Below are positions 1 through 14,129 of a stretch of 64,000 nucleotides of DNA, piece by piece (the stretch's first letter is position 1; every line of letters begins with the position of its first letter). Made by a program: the position numbers and the translations under genes. This stretch comes from Eledone cirrhosa (taxonomy: Eukaryota). The notes beneath the pieces were generated by a model. That model saw only the letters and a program-made list of their open reading frames with translations, searched no databases and was not told the origin of the DNA. The stretch is taken from assembly GCA_964016885.1 (NCBI GenBank), contig OZ024743.1, forward strand, positions 229,214,001 to 229,278,000, read 5' to 3'.

Positions 1-137
1 AACTGTAGAAAACCTGCCAGACAGTCCTATGCGAGCAAGACAATCACTCTTGCCTCAAGTGGGACTACCCCCGTCCAAACCCATGCAAGCGTGGAACACG
101 GACGTTAAACGTTGATGATGATGATGATGATGATGAT
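1..137 (+). mobile_element. 3' end (3' UTR plus (GAT)n tail) of an RTE-clade LINE, truncated by the window edge
   Basis: Near-exact reverse complement of 44368-44498, the 3' UTR/tail of the RTE copy at 44368-45945; ends in AACGTTGATGATGAT. Confidence 0.9.
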
Positions 138-180
138 ATACACACACACACATATATATTAATATATATATATATATATA

Positions 181-297
181 TGGTGGCTGCCAACTCGTTT
201 TCGAGTACGGCCACTACTTTATATCCATGTAGGAGAACCCCTACCGATGTGTGACTTTTTAGTCCAGCCAGTGACTTGAAAACTCTGGTACATATAT
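181..297. other. Short GC-balanced, hairpin-rich insertion flanked by a 45-bp direct repeat of compound microsatellite
   Basis: ATATA(CA)6TATATATTAA(TA)n occurs at 136-180 and 298-342. Internal hairpins: TGGTGGCTG..CGGCCACTA enclosing ACTCG-TTTT-CGAGT, and GTAGG..CCTAC. Confidence 0.5.
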
Positions 298-3247
298 ATA
301 TACACACACACACATATATATTAATATATATATATATATATATATACACCATATACAAAGAGAGAGAGTGAGAGAGAGATATCATACATTATATATATAT
401 ATATATATAAACATACAAACATAAACACGTGTGTTTTTCCATGTCTGTGTCTTTCCTGTCAATGTTTAGTTTGATAAAAAAAAAATTGATAAACGAACTA
501 CTTGGCTTCAAAAGATATATGTACTGGGTTTGATATAATGAACTTTAAGGTAATGTTCTAATATGGCCACTGTCAACTGCCTGAAACCAGTGGTAAAACA
601 ATAAAAGAATTGCAGTGTTATGTTTGAACATTAAACAATGCAATTCTTATTTATTCTTTCTGCTTTGACAGTTAAAAAAAAATCATCGAAATGATTTTTT
701 TAACACCAGGGAATTTATTAGGAACTTGTTTATAGTAACACAAGGAAATATCTCTTCATCTGATTTCATATTTTTATAAATTTTTAAAATATTTTATTGT
801 TTTTCCAAACATGTAGCATAGAAAAAAGGGATTTAAAGAAATATATTTAAGAGACATTTTTCACTGTGGTAATCATATTTCTAAAAATTAAGATTTGATT
901 TATAAAGACAAAATTTTAAACTGCATCTGCTTGCAAAAAAAAAAAAAAAAAATGAAATTTTCTATGCAGTACCCCAGCATGGTCGCAGCCAGTGGACAAG
1001 AAGAGATAATCGAGTAAAAGTGTATGATCTATTTTGTTAAAACAGCACTTTTTTGTGTGTGAGGAGTCGGGGGAGTCTCATCAGTGTTCATAGCCTTCAT
1101 TGATATACATCAGCAAAAGAACACACACCTCATTAATATTAACATGAATCTTGCACCATTCTATGTGTAATTATGAGTATGTATCTGTAACTATGTATGA
1201 ATATGTATATTTGCTGATGGGTGAGTATGTGATTGAGTGTGTGTGTGTATTTTTTGATAGTGTGGGGAGTGATAGCTTAGCACAATACTCAGCACCTGAA
1301 ATTTGCTCACAAATTATTAAAAACATGCATGCAGGTACTGTATTTTATTAAATAAATGTTATTAAAACCTTATAATTATTGCGCTACACACCTAGTTGGT
1401 TGCACAAGGAGTGACATACATACCTAGCACTACGTGAATTTCTATCCCTCAAATTCTTTAAACTCTCAAAATTGCTTTTCAGAAGATTGGTAAAGGTGAG
1501 AACTATGATCTTTTAATCAGTGCTGGATTTAATGAAACATAAGCTAAATAAACTCGAAATTAGAACCTTGTCAAATTTTAATCCAGTATTGTTTCTATTT
1601 ACAGCAGAATACAAAGTATTATGAGCATATTTCTTACATTTATCCCTGTTTATTGTCATTGCATTGAGTTCTACCCATAATTGACACTGAAACCGTTTTC
1701 AGATCTGGTTTCTCTATCTACCTTTGGGGTATCCTCGGTCTCTCTTTTCAGGTATCATACATTCCAAACAAATTTTAGAGAGAGGTACATGTTAAGAGTT
1801 TGATGTGACCAAACAATTTGAGGGAGATGCTTTTAATTTTAGTAAATATTCTTTGTTGTTGACTATGATAATAGAATGGAATAGACCTCCATAGGTTTTG
1901 ATGATCAATGTTCCAGTAGTTCCATCAACAAAAAACCCTACTTGTAAAATTAATGTGCAAGTGGGTGAGCATTTCAAAGACATATGTACGCTTAACATAA
2001 TCCTCAGAGATATTTAGTGTGACACATGTGTGAAGAGGCTGGCCTTTTGAATTAGAGGTACAGTCCATCCAACAGGCTTACATACAGTTTTTGGCAAGCC
2101 AATTTCACTCAAGATTTAAATCGACCTGAAAGTATTGTAAATTACACTTGCTTAATATATCATGTGGTGGGATTAAACCTCTATTTTAATGATTACAAAA
2201 CAAGCTTCGTAACTATTCAGCTTTGTTTCATCCACACTCTGATAGGAAAGAAAAAGGAAAGCAGGTGATCATTAGATCAGACAAAGGAAACAAAGTTTCC
2301 ACTGATCAATCTATTGCTGAAACATATCCTGGCAGAAAGAGCAATGTGAAATAAAATATTTGACTCAAGAATACAATGCATCATCCAGTACAGGAATCAA
2401 ACCTGCGACCTTAGGCCACATGCCTTCACAATGATAATAACATGTAAAGAATATGATTTAATTTTGAAAAGATGTCAACAAATGTTGCAGTATTTTCTCA
2501 CTAGAAATAAAAGAAAACAAAAGATTTTCCAAAAATCTTTCATTGGAACATTAGTCATAATAAGAATCAAAATTAGCAGACAAAATCTTGATAGTATTCT
2601 TAGAGTTGGTTTCATTACACATGTTTGAAACGAGAGAGAGAGAGGGAGTTGGCAACAACATGAAGGGTGAGAGAGAAAGAGAGAGAGAGAGATCTTAAGA
2701 AAGTAAAAGAGGTAAAAGCTAGCAATAGTTGGATAAAGAAAGGGAGAAAAAAGATAGTGAGAATGAAAAGGAAAAAAGATAATTAAATAATTTTACAGGA
2801 ATCAAAATTGAAAACTGCATAATGTAAAGGAGTATAAAAGGAGTTTATGAATATGCAAAAATAAAATAATAATAATTATTATTATTATTATTTAAAAAAT
2901 AAAATCAAAACAAATAAACAAACAAGCAAAGAAAAGAATTAACAAACAAAAAAGCTATCTCAGGTTTTTTCATTGTTGTTGTTTTTCATTTTCTATTTTC
3001 TGTTTTAAATTGGATATGTTGATATCAATTATATTTGCACATGCATCTGTGCACACATGTGTGTGTGTATTTTTATCTTTGTTTCAATTTGTGAGTGCAT
3101 GCTTGAACATGTATATATGTATGTGTATTTGTGCATGTTTATATATATATATATATATGCATATCTATGCTTCTTTGCATGTATGTATGTGTATACATGT
3201 GTATGTATATATGCATGTTTGTATACATGTATGAATACATGAATGAA

Positions 3248-3292
<45 letters not shown>

Positions 3293-3371
3293 ATATGTGG
3301 TTTTTCAAATAATCCCTTTAATTAAGGGTTGAAAACACTCCTTTCCTATTTTCTGTTTTCTTTTCTATTAT

Positions 3372-3428
3372 TACTACTACTACAACTACTACTACTACTA
3401 CTACTACTACTGCTACTACTACTACTAT
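3372..3428. repeat. (CTA)n microsatellite
   Basis: Direct inspection. Confidence 0.95.
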
Positions 3429-3630
3429 TATCAACATCATTTGTATGGTTTTCTTTTTTGGGGTGAAGAGGGTGGTTAACCACAAGACAGTGAATGTGAA
3501 CGGATGGTTAGTAGCTATTCAAATTCTTTGATCCGAACGCTAACTTGGAAGCTAATGCATTATCTGAAATCGATTCCATGTGCATCATCAAGCAAAACAT
3601 TACCTCTTCTTCTATATGTATGTAACAGGT

Positions 3631-3633
3631 AGA

Positions 3634-3669
<36 letters not shown>

Positions 3670-3684
3670 GAGGAGAGGGGAGAG

Positions 3685-3720
<36 letters not shown>

Positions 3721-3822
3721 GGAGTCAGAAAGAGAGAGAGAGGAGAGAGAGAGGGAGAGAGAGAGGGAGAGAGAGAGAGAGACAAACAGAACAGAAAGAA
3801 ACAGCGAGAGAGAAAGAAAGAA
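3631..3822. repeat. GA-rich polypurine low-complexity tract
   Basis: Imperfect (GA)n/(GGA)n; explains the spurious ORFs 3508-3942, 3580-3828 and 3612-3863. Confidence 0.95.
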
Positions 3823-4455
3823 AAATGACAGGTCACAAAAATAGAAGGAAATGGAGACTTCAAGAAAGACAGTAACAGGAAACTGAGAAAAGGGAATAAT
3901 GCAGGTATTCTTTATTACTAATACTAATACTACTACTACCACCGACTACCACCATCACTATTTCTTCTTCTTCTTCTACTACTACAACTATGGAAAAAAC
4001 AATGAAATAATTCATAAATGAAAAAGATGAATAAAAAAAATATTGAAATATACTAGAAAGATCATAAACCATTTATTGAAGGAAGTTTGAAGAGAGAGCT
4101 TCAGAATCTAAGAAAATATGGGTGTGTTATGACAAACATACACAGACAAACACACATACATAAATACTTAACACATAAATGACACACATGCAAATATATT
4201 TCATAAATATATTTATCTGAGTTTGTATGTATCTGTGAGATAGAAGGTGGAGAAAGGTATAGTGAAAGAGTGTGTGTATGTATGTGTGCATTTATAAACA
4301 CAAAGTATGTGTATGTATATGTGCAACTGCATAAAAATGCATGTGTTCAGATTTAGTATTTGTAAAACAACTCCCTCTTTATAATAATCAATATATGTGT
4401 GTGTGTGTGTGTGTGTTGTGTGTGTGTGTGTGTGTACATATATATATATACACAC

Positions 4456-4950
4456 GTCATCATTGTCACTTTAACATCCGCTTTCTCTTCTAGCAAGTTT
4501 TGGATGGGTCTACATAGATCAAGTCAGTACTGAAGCTGGGCCAGTGATTTCTCGAGCAGGCCAGGGATCTGTGTCCTGTTTATGTACAGTCAATATTCCC
4601 CCGAATGCACAGGAGAGGTTGTCATGTCTTTGACACAGCTGAGGATCCTCCCAACACTTTGTTTGGTAAGATTTCTATGGTTGGATGCCCTTCCTATCAC
4701 CAGCCACTTCATGCGCTGGATAACTGTTAGGAATAGGGATGGGTTTGAGCAGTGAGATTGAACTAATGATGTTGAGAATAACTGTTTGGGATTTATAGTG
4801 GAGAGAAGGCATGGGGATAGTTTGGGTCACATTGTATGCTGCAGGTCAGGTCTTCCTTAGCACTAAATAGTGCCAGCCATCACACTTTTTATTATTTCTG
4901 TTGTGAGGCTTAGTATTTTAAGGTGGTCTCCACAACATCATCCCAAGCTC
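4456..4950 (-). mobile_element. Old degenerate RTE LINE 3' end
   Basis: CATCAT..TTTAACATCCG tail and TTTCTATGGTTGGATGCCCTTCCTA block resemble 44370-44520; minus strand near 4900-4950 reads like SWDDVV..LK, the RT C-terminus. Confidence 0.6.
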
Positions 4951-6937
4951 AGAAAGACCACTAATTAAAGTAGTACTCAATGTAGTTGAAGAGTTGTTAT
5001 ATTTAGGAAAAATATATTTGACTGATCTCCTACGGTTTCTGCTTGTGACTCCACACAGATGAACATATTCTGGTGTGTGTGTATATATATATATATATAT
5101 AATTATATAATTTCATTAAGGTTGAGTTACCTGTGACTTGTATATTTATAGGTGTGAGTCATAACTGTCTGATGACCCTGTTATCTCACAGATTGTATAT
5201 ATATAAGCACCTGATTAAGATGTTTGCTTCCCAACTGTGTGGCTTTGAGTTCATAATCTTCTACCTGTAATATGGCAACCCTGTAATATGAGTTGTTATC
5301 AGGAAGAGCATCAAGTCATAGAAGACCAGTCTCAAAATGTCTCATTACAAACAATGCAAGCATGGAAAAAGTAGACATAAACATGATGATGATGATTCTA
5401 TCTGATGCTCTAACGACTCAGTCAACCCAAATACAATTGAATAAACTATAGACTATAAATATTTTGTTTTTATTTTAAAACATTGATTAACTATTGTGCT
5501 CTTTCATATCTCAAACTTTAAAACATTACTAAAATATGATTAAAATACTATGGAGCACTGATAAACTTTTGTAAATAAGTAAAACATCTGAAACATAACA
5601 ATACCATCAACAACTAAAATACTCAGACAACGAAAAAAAAAAAAAAACATATAGTAAATTTATAAAGGTGAAAGAGAGATTTCAAAAACAATAAAGAATA
5701 GTCGTTGTATATTATTACTTCAGAGAATACAATTAAATAAACATTGCTTTGATTAAGCTATGTTACACAAAACACATTTAACAAATGCAAAAAACAAAAT
5801 CTTTGTAGTCTATTCTATATGCAGTATTGTTTACAGGATGCAATACATTGTTCAGTACAAAAACTAGACATACGATAAAGTTTCTACAAGAAAAAAAAAT
5901 ATAAATATATATATATATATGATAGATAGATTCCAAAAAATTTTAAATAAAAATCAAAAGATTTTCTAACGACAATGAAATCTTTAAACTATCCGTTTCA
6001 ACACCAATATTTAATTATAAATATACATATATTATACATATACAGAGAAAGAGAGAAAGTTGGAGAGGGAGAGAGAGAAAGCAAGAGAGAGAGAGAGAAA
6101 GCTATTGTTACATTTTTGAAGTTATTTTAAAAAAAGCTGCCCTAATCTTATAACAAGATAAAGAGAAAACTCCAAATATCTATGTTCTTCCAGAATGTTT
6201 TGTAATTATTTGAAACTTTAGATCGTATAACCAAGATAATCTTTTTAAGCAATGTAAGAGATAGGAGAAACTATTAAAAAAAGAACTCAGCTTGGATGAA
6301 GCTCTAAAAAGAGTCGACTAGAAATATTCTAATTAAAATTAATTAAATGTCATGAAATTACATCTTTGTCATCACCACCTCCACCACAATAATTTAGTAA
6401 TTTAGTGAGTTCAAAATCATTAGTTTTCAATTGTATGTTTTAGCATCGGCCATATTCAGATATGTTTTCTAGCCACAAAGTAGATAATTCATTTATATTT
6501 GGATGGATAGATGGACACACATATGAACAAGCTGATTCTAAATAAAGACTAGTACGCCATACTATATAGACAGAAGAATGTAGATATTATTTTCATTCAT
6601 GTAAATCCTATGGTCAAGCTTTAAATATTTTCATAGTTGGATTCAACTACCAAAACAAAATAAAATGCCCTCCATGCACTATATAAAGTGTTAATCATTA
6701 AGGAAGACATCCGACTATAGAGAGTATACCAAAATGGAATGTATGAACAAACACAACTATTAAATTATTACTTTGCTTAAAAAAAAATAGATGAAAAGTT
6801 AGAATCAGGAAGAGCATCTGATAATAGAAAATTCTCATCTGACCCATGCCAGCATAGAAAAATAGACATATGTATACAGACACATACACACATTTATATA
6901 TATATATATATAGTGTGTGTGTGTATATATATATATA

Positions 6938-7010
<73 letters not shown>

Positions 7011-7974
7011 GAGAGAGAGAGCTGATTAGAAAATTATTTAGGAATGTATTGCACATGAAATCTAAATACACACCCTATATCCATCCCATCCTTTCAAACA
7101 AAAAGAAAAATTGAAATAGACAAAGTAATGAATAAAACAGTGAAAGACAAAAGAGAGAGCATTCTATGTTTCTCATGTGCCTAACTTCAGGAAACTCGGC
7201 GCCAGACAGTACAAAATTTAAAAATCACTGACACCATGAACAGAAACAAAAGTCGGGTACATAAAAGCTCACCAATAAATGCTATTTGATTGGATAAACT
7301 GGAAAATTTATTCGCAAAGTGAGGTCAATTAGAAGTAAAAGTCAATGGAAAATTACAGAAATGGAACCAAAATGAAAAGAGGCCATTTTCAAAATGAAAA
7401 ACTTACTGACACCTTAACAAGGGTAATTCTAAGTAATTATTGTTTCACCAGCTGCCTCTCATCTCGTCCCACAACAACACACAAAGACTAATATAATAAG
7501 TATCATTAGTTTGATCGGAGCACATTATTGCATTATTTTTAACAGACAAGCTATTATTTTAAAACTACATTCGTTTAGATATTTGGGGTCAGGAAGAGAG
7601 ATATATCCTTTAAGCTTGTTTCTTTTTATTATTTATTATTTTTCTAAAATTTTGAATTGGTTAAATAATTTAATGCATAACAAGAAAAAGGGAAAAGAAA
7701 AAAAAGATAAATGGAGAGTGGAATTTGGGAGGAGGGAAGCATTACACCCTTAGATATTGCATCTCAGCTGCATCCCACAGACAAGATGATGAAGCTTTGC
7801 TGTGGATGGAGAACAGCCAGCAATACCTGCTACATCAACCTTCCCACCTTATGGGGGTTCCTTCTTTAAATGCGATGCCCTCATACATCCCAATTTGGCT
7901 GACAAAAATCGTAGACCCTCGCCCAGAGACAATGGAGACATTGTTGGTCTAAGTCTAAAGTCTGTCTTAAGCCA

Positions 7975-8230
7975 GAATGCTTGTTAGGCTGGTGCTTATC
8001 CTGGTTTCATGGTGTGAAGCGACAGAGTACAAGAATCCCTCCTGGACAGGATGCTACTCCATCACAAGGTTAAACCCCAGCTATTACAGGTACTCCTTTT
8101 CAGCTGAGTATACTGGCGCAATGTGAAATGAAGTGTTTTGCTCAAGAACACAACACACATCCCAGCCTAGGAATCGAACCCGTGACATTATGATGTTAAG
8201 TCCAACACCTTACCACTAGACCACACACTG
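7975..8230 (-). mobile_element. tRNA-headed SINE (TCTTGAGCAAAACACT body; V-SINE-like tail)
   Basis: Minus strand has A-box-like TGGTCTAGTGG, B-box GGGTTCGATTCC, TTCTTGAGCAAAACACTTCATTTCACATTG, then CTGGGG..ATGGAGTAGCATCCTGTCCAG. Confidence 0.75.
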
Positions 8231-8560
8231 CCACTGTTGGTGACCAGTACAAAAGAGAAACGATCAATCAATGCCTAGTATTTTATCATCCTCTGCTCCT
8301 TAGCACTGCAAACAATGGCACCTAGGTTTGTGGCCAGAGCAATGAGGTTAGTTAAATTATTTCTGCATTTAGTTATTACTCCACAAAGCCACCAATTTTC
8401 AAAACTAACCTAAATGTCTTCAATCAATTATACTATCCTTAAAGAAATATAAGAAAACATTCTAGTCAAATTCTTGAAAATTGGTCAAGACCGATTGTAT
8501 TTGGAAACAAAATCCATAACATAAATACACTAACTTTTCAATACTTAATAGTGTTTGCAT

Positions 8561-8575
<15 letters not shown>

Positions 8576-8648
<73 letters not shown>
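8576..8648. repeat. (GA)n microsatellite
   Basis: Direct inspection. Confidence 0.97.
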
Positions 8649-8650
<2 letters not shown>

Positions 8651-9138
8651 CAAGTCAACAGGGAGAAAATGTCTGAAGATTATAAAAAACAGGGAAAGCT
8701 CTATTTATTGAAAACCTAAATTGAAATTGGATATTGATCATTTCCTATAATGTTACCTAGATAAATATTTGCAGTAAAAAAAAGTCATAGCTTCAATTTT
8801 TTCACGAGTAGATGATACACAACTAGTATTTTGATATTGTTAGAAGTCATAGAATTTCGAGTAGATTGCTAAGTACAAGTTGTAAACCCAAATGCAAACA
8901 TAGAGTGAAGTTAGTTAAGTAAATAACACAAGATCAACAGTCAGCATCAAACAAAATGCCTTGGGATATAGTTACATTTAAGCTATGGCTCTTTTAAGTT
9001 CTGAGTTCAAATTTTACCCGGGTCAACTTTTCCTTTCATACTTTCATAGTCAATGAAATAAAATCACAGTCAAGTACTGGAATCAAGTCAATTCATTATA
9101 CTCTACCCACTAAAAAAATATTCCTGTTACTTCTGTTA

Positions 9139-9400
9139 TTTAACTCTTTTGAGGTCTGAAACCAGCTCTGTTTCTACAATACAAAACTGTTTGTTTTAAA
9201 GTGTTTATATTTATCTAAAACACTCCTATCATAATTTTATATGAGAACATTATGTTCCAAATACTAGATATATAATGGACATGTTAATTATTTTATTAAA
9301 TCTCTTCAAGTTCTGGATTATCTTCAAAATTGTTTGGAAATCACAGGCAGTGTCTTTCATTAGGAATATGGTAATGAAAGAATTAAAGATACGTGTCAGT
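9139..9400 (+). mobile_element. Degenerate copy of an AT-rich interspersed repeat with TTAA-CTCTTT ends (piggyBac-like MITE family)
   Basis: Starts TTAACTCTTTTGA. Related copies at about 17170-17452 (ends AAAAGAGTTAA), 32860-33068, 39605-39845, 43790-43970, 47030-47190 and 57720-57925. Confidence 0.45.
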
Positions 9401-9924
9401 TGTATATCAAGCAATATCATCATCATCATCATCATTCTCATTTAGCATCTCTGTTTTTCTATGCTACCATGGCTTGGGTGGATTGTGACAGACATAGTCC
9501 ATATCTAATTGGAGCTACTGTCCTCACAAATGAGCAGGTTACATACATTCCATGCTAATTCAAAGAGCAGGTTTTTCAACGAATCCTCACCTTTGAAACC
9601 AATGGAGATCCATTTACTTTGTTGAAACATTCTAATTGAAATCTAATTGCTTTCCAGCTTTATCTGATAAGTGGAAACTGACTCTAAAATTTACAATTTG
9701 TGATATATTCAGCAACTACAACTCTATGGAGTAAGTACATTTTCTGACAGAGAATGTATAACAATATGCTTCAAGTATGGTATCAATCAGGTTATAAATT
9801 CAATTTCTTTAAAACAATTGAATTGTTAATGGTAATTCTTGAGAGAAATTCAAAACTTTTAACTTTAGACATTATTAAAACATCAACTAAAACAAACTCA
9901 TTTTATTCAGATGCAAACAACAGG

Positions 9925-9993
<69 letters not shown>

Positions 9994-10118
9994 TGCTATG
10001 TTGAGACCGAGGAGATCACTAATCACATGAGTACTCAATACATGGGGAGATGTAGAGTGGGTATAGAGATATGTAAAATCCTGACCATGGTGCTAAGCGA
10101 TTTCAGCGAGTTTTGTGT

Positions 10119-10165
<47 letters not shown>

Positions 10166-10511
10166 GGAGGCACATGGCTTAGTGGTTAGAGCATTGGCCT
10201 TGCAATCGAAAGGTTGTGAGTTCAATTCTCAGACTAGGTGATGTGTTGTTTCCTTGAGCAAGACACTTTATTTCACATTGCTCCAGTTTACTCAGCTGTA
10301 GAAATGAGATGATAGGACTGGGGTCCCTATCATTCCACTGCAAAATGGTCGTGGAGGTGCCACGGCAAAAAAGCACCCAGCACTCACTGTAAATGAGGTT
10401 GGTGTTAGGAAAGGCATCCAGCTGTAGAAATCAAGCCAGAATCAGTTCCCGCCCCACCCTTGCAAGTAGGGAAAAAGCGGACGTAAAATGAAATGATGAA
10501 ATGATGATGAT
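10166..10511 (+). mobile_element. Young full-length tRNA-derived SINE with RTE-derived 3' tail
   Basis: A box TGGCTTAGTGG (10175-10185), B box GAGTTCAATTC, body CCTTGAGCAAGACACTTTATTTCAC, (GAT)n tail; highly similar to 45964-46299; flanked by (TA)n. Confidence 0.9.
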
Positions 10512-11557
10512 ATATATATATATACACACACACACAAACGAATATATATGAATACAAATATTTGACTTGCAAGAACTAGATGTTAAATCTCCCTCACATC
10601 TCATACTCTACCATCGTTAAAAAGATACCTGCAGGATAATGTGGTCTTGTGTTCCATGCCTACATTTGGAAAATATGGGATGGTCATTGATGGACCGTTT
10701 TTGAAGTTAGATCTGCTTGGTAATGGCTGACATTGAGCTAAACAATTATAGCATTCTTATTTTGTGTATGTTCTATTAAAAGTATATATGTGTGTGTGTG
10801 TGTGTAAATTAATGTGAGTGTGTGTGAATACGAGTGTGTGTGAGTATGAATGGGTGTGCGAGTGAATGAACGAATTTGTATGTTTGACTGTGTGTGTGAT
10901 CTTTGTGTGGATGAGAGAGTGTGTGTGTATGTGTTAAATGAATTTAGATATCAAATTTTTAATGTTTCTTCAGGAAACCTTCTTCATGCTTGTTGAGAAA
11001 ATTTTCAATTCAGCCCCCCAGTGGTTTTATGTTCGAAATTCCACAGTAGACCACAGGAGAGCAGAACTTGCTATCAACAAATGGTAACAAAAACAATAAT
11101 AATAAAAGTAATGAAAAAAACCTACCATCTACAAGTTCTTATTTATTATGAGCACAAAAACAGTAAAAAGAAGTATTTTGCCATCAAATATGTACAAGGT
11201 TTATAAACAAATGCATGCACATACATACATATATGCATACATTCATGTAGACATACACACACATACACATGCATGTGCACAGGCAAACACGCATAATATA
11301 TTTACATGTGTGTAAGTATGTATATATACATATATATATATGCATACATGTATGTATGTATATATATATATATATATATATATGCATACATGTATGTATG
11401 TATATATATACACACACGCACAAACACATATGTAGATACACATACACACAAGCAGCTGAATTACTTAGTTGTACAGAATCACTGCTGAGTTTGCAGCTTC
11501 CATAGCTACAGATGCAATAACATTATAAAGAATTTACTTAAAGTGTAAAGAAAAAAT

Positions 11558-11564
<7 letters not shown>

Positions 11565-11601
<37 letters not shown>

Positions 11602-11608
11602 TACCTGC

Positions 11609-11639
<31 letters not shown>

Positions 11640-11906
11640 CATAAATATATGTAAATATATATATATATATATATACATACATATATACCTGCATAAATAT
11701 ATATATATATATATATACATACATAAATATATGTAAATATATATATATATATATATACATACATATATACCTGCATAAATATACGTAAATATATATATAT
11801 ATATATATACATACATATATACCTGCATATATATATATATATATATATACATACATACATAAATATACGTAAATATATATATATATACACATAAATATAT
11901 ACCTGC

Positions 11907-11937
<31 letters not shown>

Positions 11938-12125
11938 CATACATAAATATACGTAAATATATATATATATACACATAAATATATATACATATATATACAC
12001 ATAAATATATATATATACATATACACACAAAAATATATATACTCTCTCTCACACACACGTATATATATATATATATATATATATACATACACTACATACA
12101 TATACATACATATATAAATACACAC
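11565..12125. repeat. Compound (TA)n-based satellite with recurring ACCTGC and ACATAAATATA(C/T)GTAAAT units
   Basis: Higher-order repetition visible by eye; source of the YIYI ORFs at 11534-12137. Confidence 0.9.
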
Positions 12126-12134
12126 ACATGAAGA

Positions 12135-12425
12135 CATGTTGTGGTTAGGGTATTTGGCTCATGAGCGTAATGTCGTGAGTTCGATTCTCAGCAGTGCACT
12201 GTGTCCTTAAGCAAGACACTTTACTTGATATTGCTTCAAATGAGTTGTGCCTGTAATTCAAAGGGTAGCCACATCACATTCTGTCACACTGAATCTCCTT
12301 GAGAACTGCATTAATGGTAAGCATTTCTGTGGAATGCTCAGCCACTTGCTTGTTAATTTCTTGAGTAGGCTTCTCTATTGATTGTATCAACAGAAATACT
12401 CGTCGTCATAACCGATGGAGTGCCA
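12135..12425 (+). mobile_element. tRNA-headed SINE, same head as 10166 but a different tail
   Basis: GTGGTTAGGG..GAGTTCGATTCTC..CCTTAAGCAAGACACTTT, then CTGTAATTCAAAGGG..GTGGAATGCTCAGCCACTTGC. Related copies at 32625-32825 (+), 53330-53600 (-), 56090-56195 (-) and 60515-60800 (+). Confidence 0.75.
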
Positions 12426-12447
12426 CTAGTACTTCACACACACACAT

Positions 12448-12480
<33 letters not shown>

Positions 12481-12651
12481 CACCAATATACAGAAAAAGA
12501 TAGATAAATAAGCCTTGATATTTTTTTCTTCATCTCTGTCAGTTAGGTATATATATATATATATATACAAGTATTTATTACCTGAGTGTGTATTTGTGTA
12601 CATGTAGACACATATACATACAATAGATACATGTGTGTGCATGTATGTGTG

Positions 12652-12792
<141 letters not shown>

Positions 12793-13954
12793 CATGCACA
12801 CAAGTGGTGTGTGTGTGTGCATACACGTTTGTATATCTATCTATATGTGATGCATGAATGTAAAATGTATCTCAAAATGTGGTATTTATATTTTGTATAG
12901 AAACACACACAAGGATGTGTATGTGTTTGTTTATTTGCAATCATTGTTAAAGTAGAGAAAGAAATGTAACAACAATCAATGCAGGATGAAGAGAAGAGAA
13001 GACTTTTTTATGTGAATACTTATTACCTTTATTGTTGGTGTTATTATTGTTCCACTTAAACAGAAGAACTATGTTATGTAGGTATGTGATAAAAAGTGTT
13101 ATGAAACAATATATATAGAACCAGCATATCAAATAAGCCACACTTCAAATGACATTACAGTGCACATTTTATTATGCAGTCTTTGGTGCAGTGCAGTGAA
13201 TCAGTTGCAGTATGTCGCATCAAGGTGGCTGAACATGATTTCCCTTTTGGCTTTAATTTCTTTCTTTGTTTTTCTAATATTTAGAATTTGTGATGATGTC
13301 ATTTTATGTTGTGTCATACTTTAGCCCCAAGGTAGCCCTAATTGAGTTGTCCTATAATCAAAGAAATCCCGGCTATGATTTTCAAATACTAGATCTAGAG
13401 TTACACTATCTAATGTTTGATGCTATAGCCAACACATATGCAGCTTTAGCTGTTTCTTAACTAAGTTGTATTTCATATGCATTTTCATAGATCCTTTAAT
13501 ACTTTAGCATTTGCACTGGTCACAGTGCTGGATATGTGTACTCCTTCAGAATTTATAAAGAACAACCAAGAGCTGATTAAGTCCTTTTGAGACCCTATGC
13601 ACTTAAAAGATTATGGCACCCCTCTATGTATAATTCTGCAATAAAAAGGTTTTTTTGGAAAGACAAATACAATTAATTAAAATAAAATGATTCCCTTCTT
13701 TCCTTATGCATGTGCATATTTTGCTTAAGAGTTAACCATGCCAAGACTAATATAATAGGCTAACATATAGGCACTATTTCTCAGGCAAGGAAGGTGGCCG
13801 GGGTCTAAAATCCATATTAACATCATCCGAGACCCGGATAGTAACACTGAAGCAAAGTCTTCAACAGAGGAAAAAAAGTCAGCAACCATCTTGCCCAGGT
13901 TTATGTGCATGAAGGATAATAATGTTTTCTTATATCTTATATGCAAGAAGGAAA

Positions 13955-14120
13955 TAATTATAATTTGGCACAAGACCAACAATTACCCCAGTATATTACT
14001 GGTACTTTATTTTATTGACCTCGTAAGGATGAAAGGCAAAGTTAACCTTAGCAGGATTTGAACTCAGTTCGTAAAGGGCCATAACTCTTTGCTGAAAAGC
14101 ATGGCGTCTGTCTCTACTGA
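13955..14120 (-). mobile_element. SINE with GCCTTTCATCCTT..GTCGATAAAATAAAGTACCAG core (Meta/MESC-domain-like)
   Basis: Reverse complement of the family seen at 23995-24167. Confidence 0.8.
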
Positions 14121-14129
14121 TATCATAAT

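Noticed and set aside
10166-10240. tRNA gene candidates (also 45964-46040)
   Set aside because: A/B boxes continue directly into a multi-copy SINE body and tail; these are SINE heads, not tRNA genes.
10974-11082. Possible exon after TTTCTTCAG acceptor
   Set aside because: Donor is weak (GTAAC), the peptide is unrecognisable and either strand is equally plausible.
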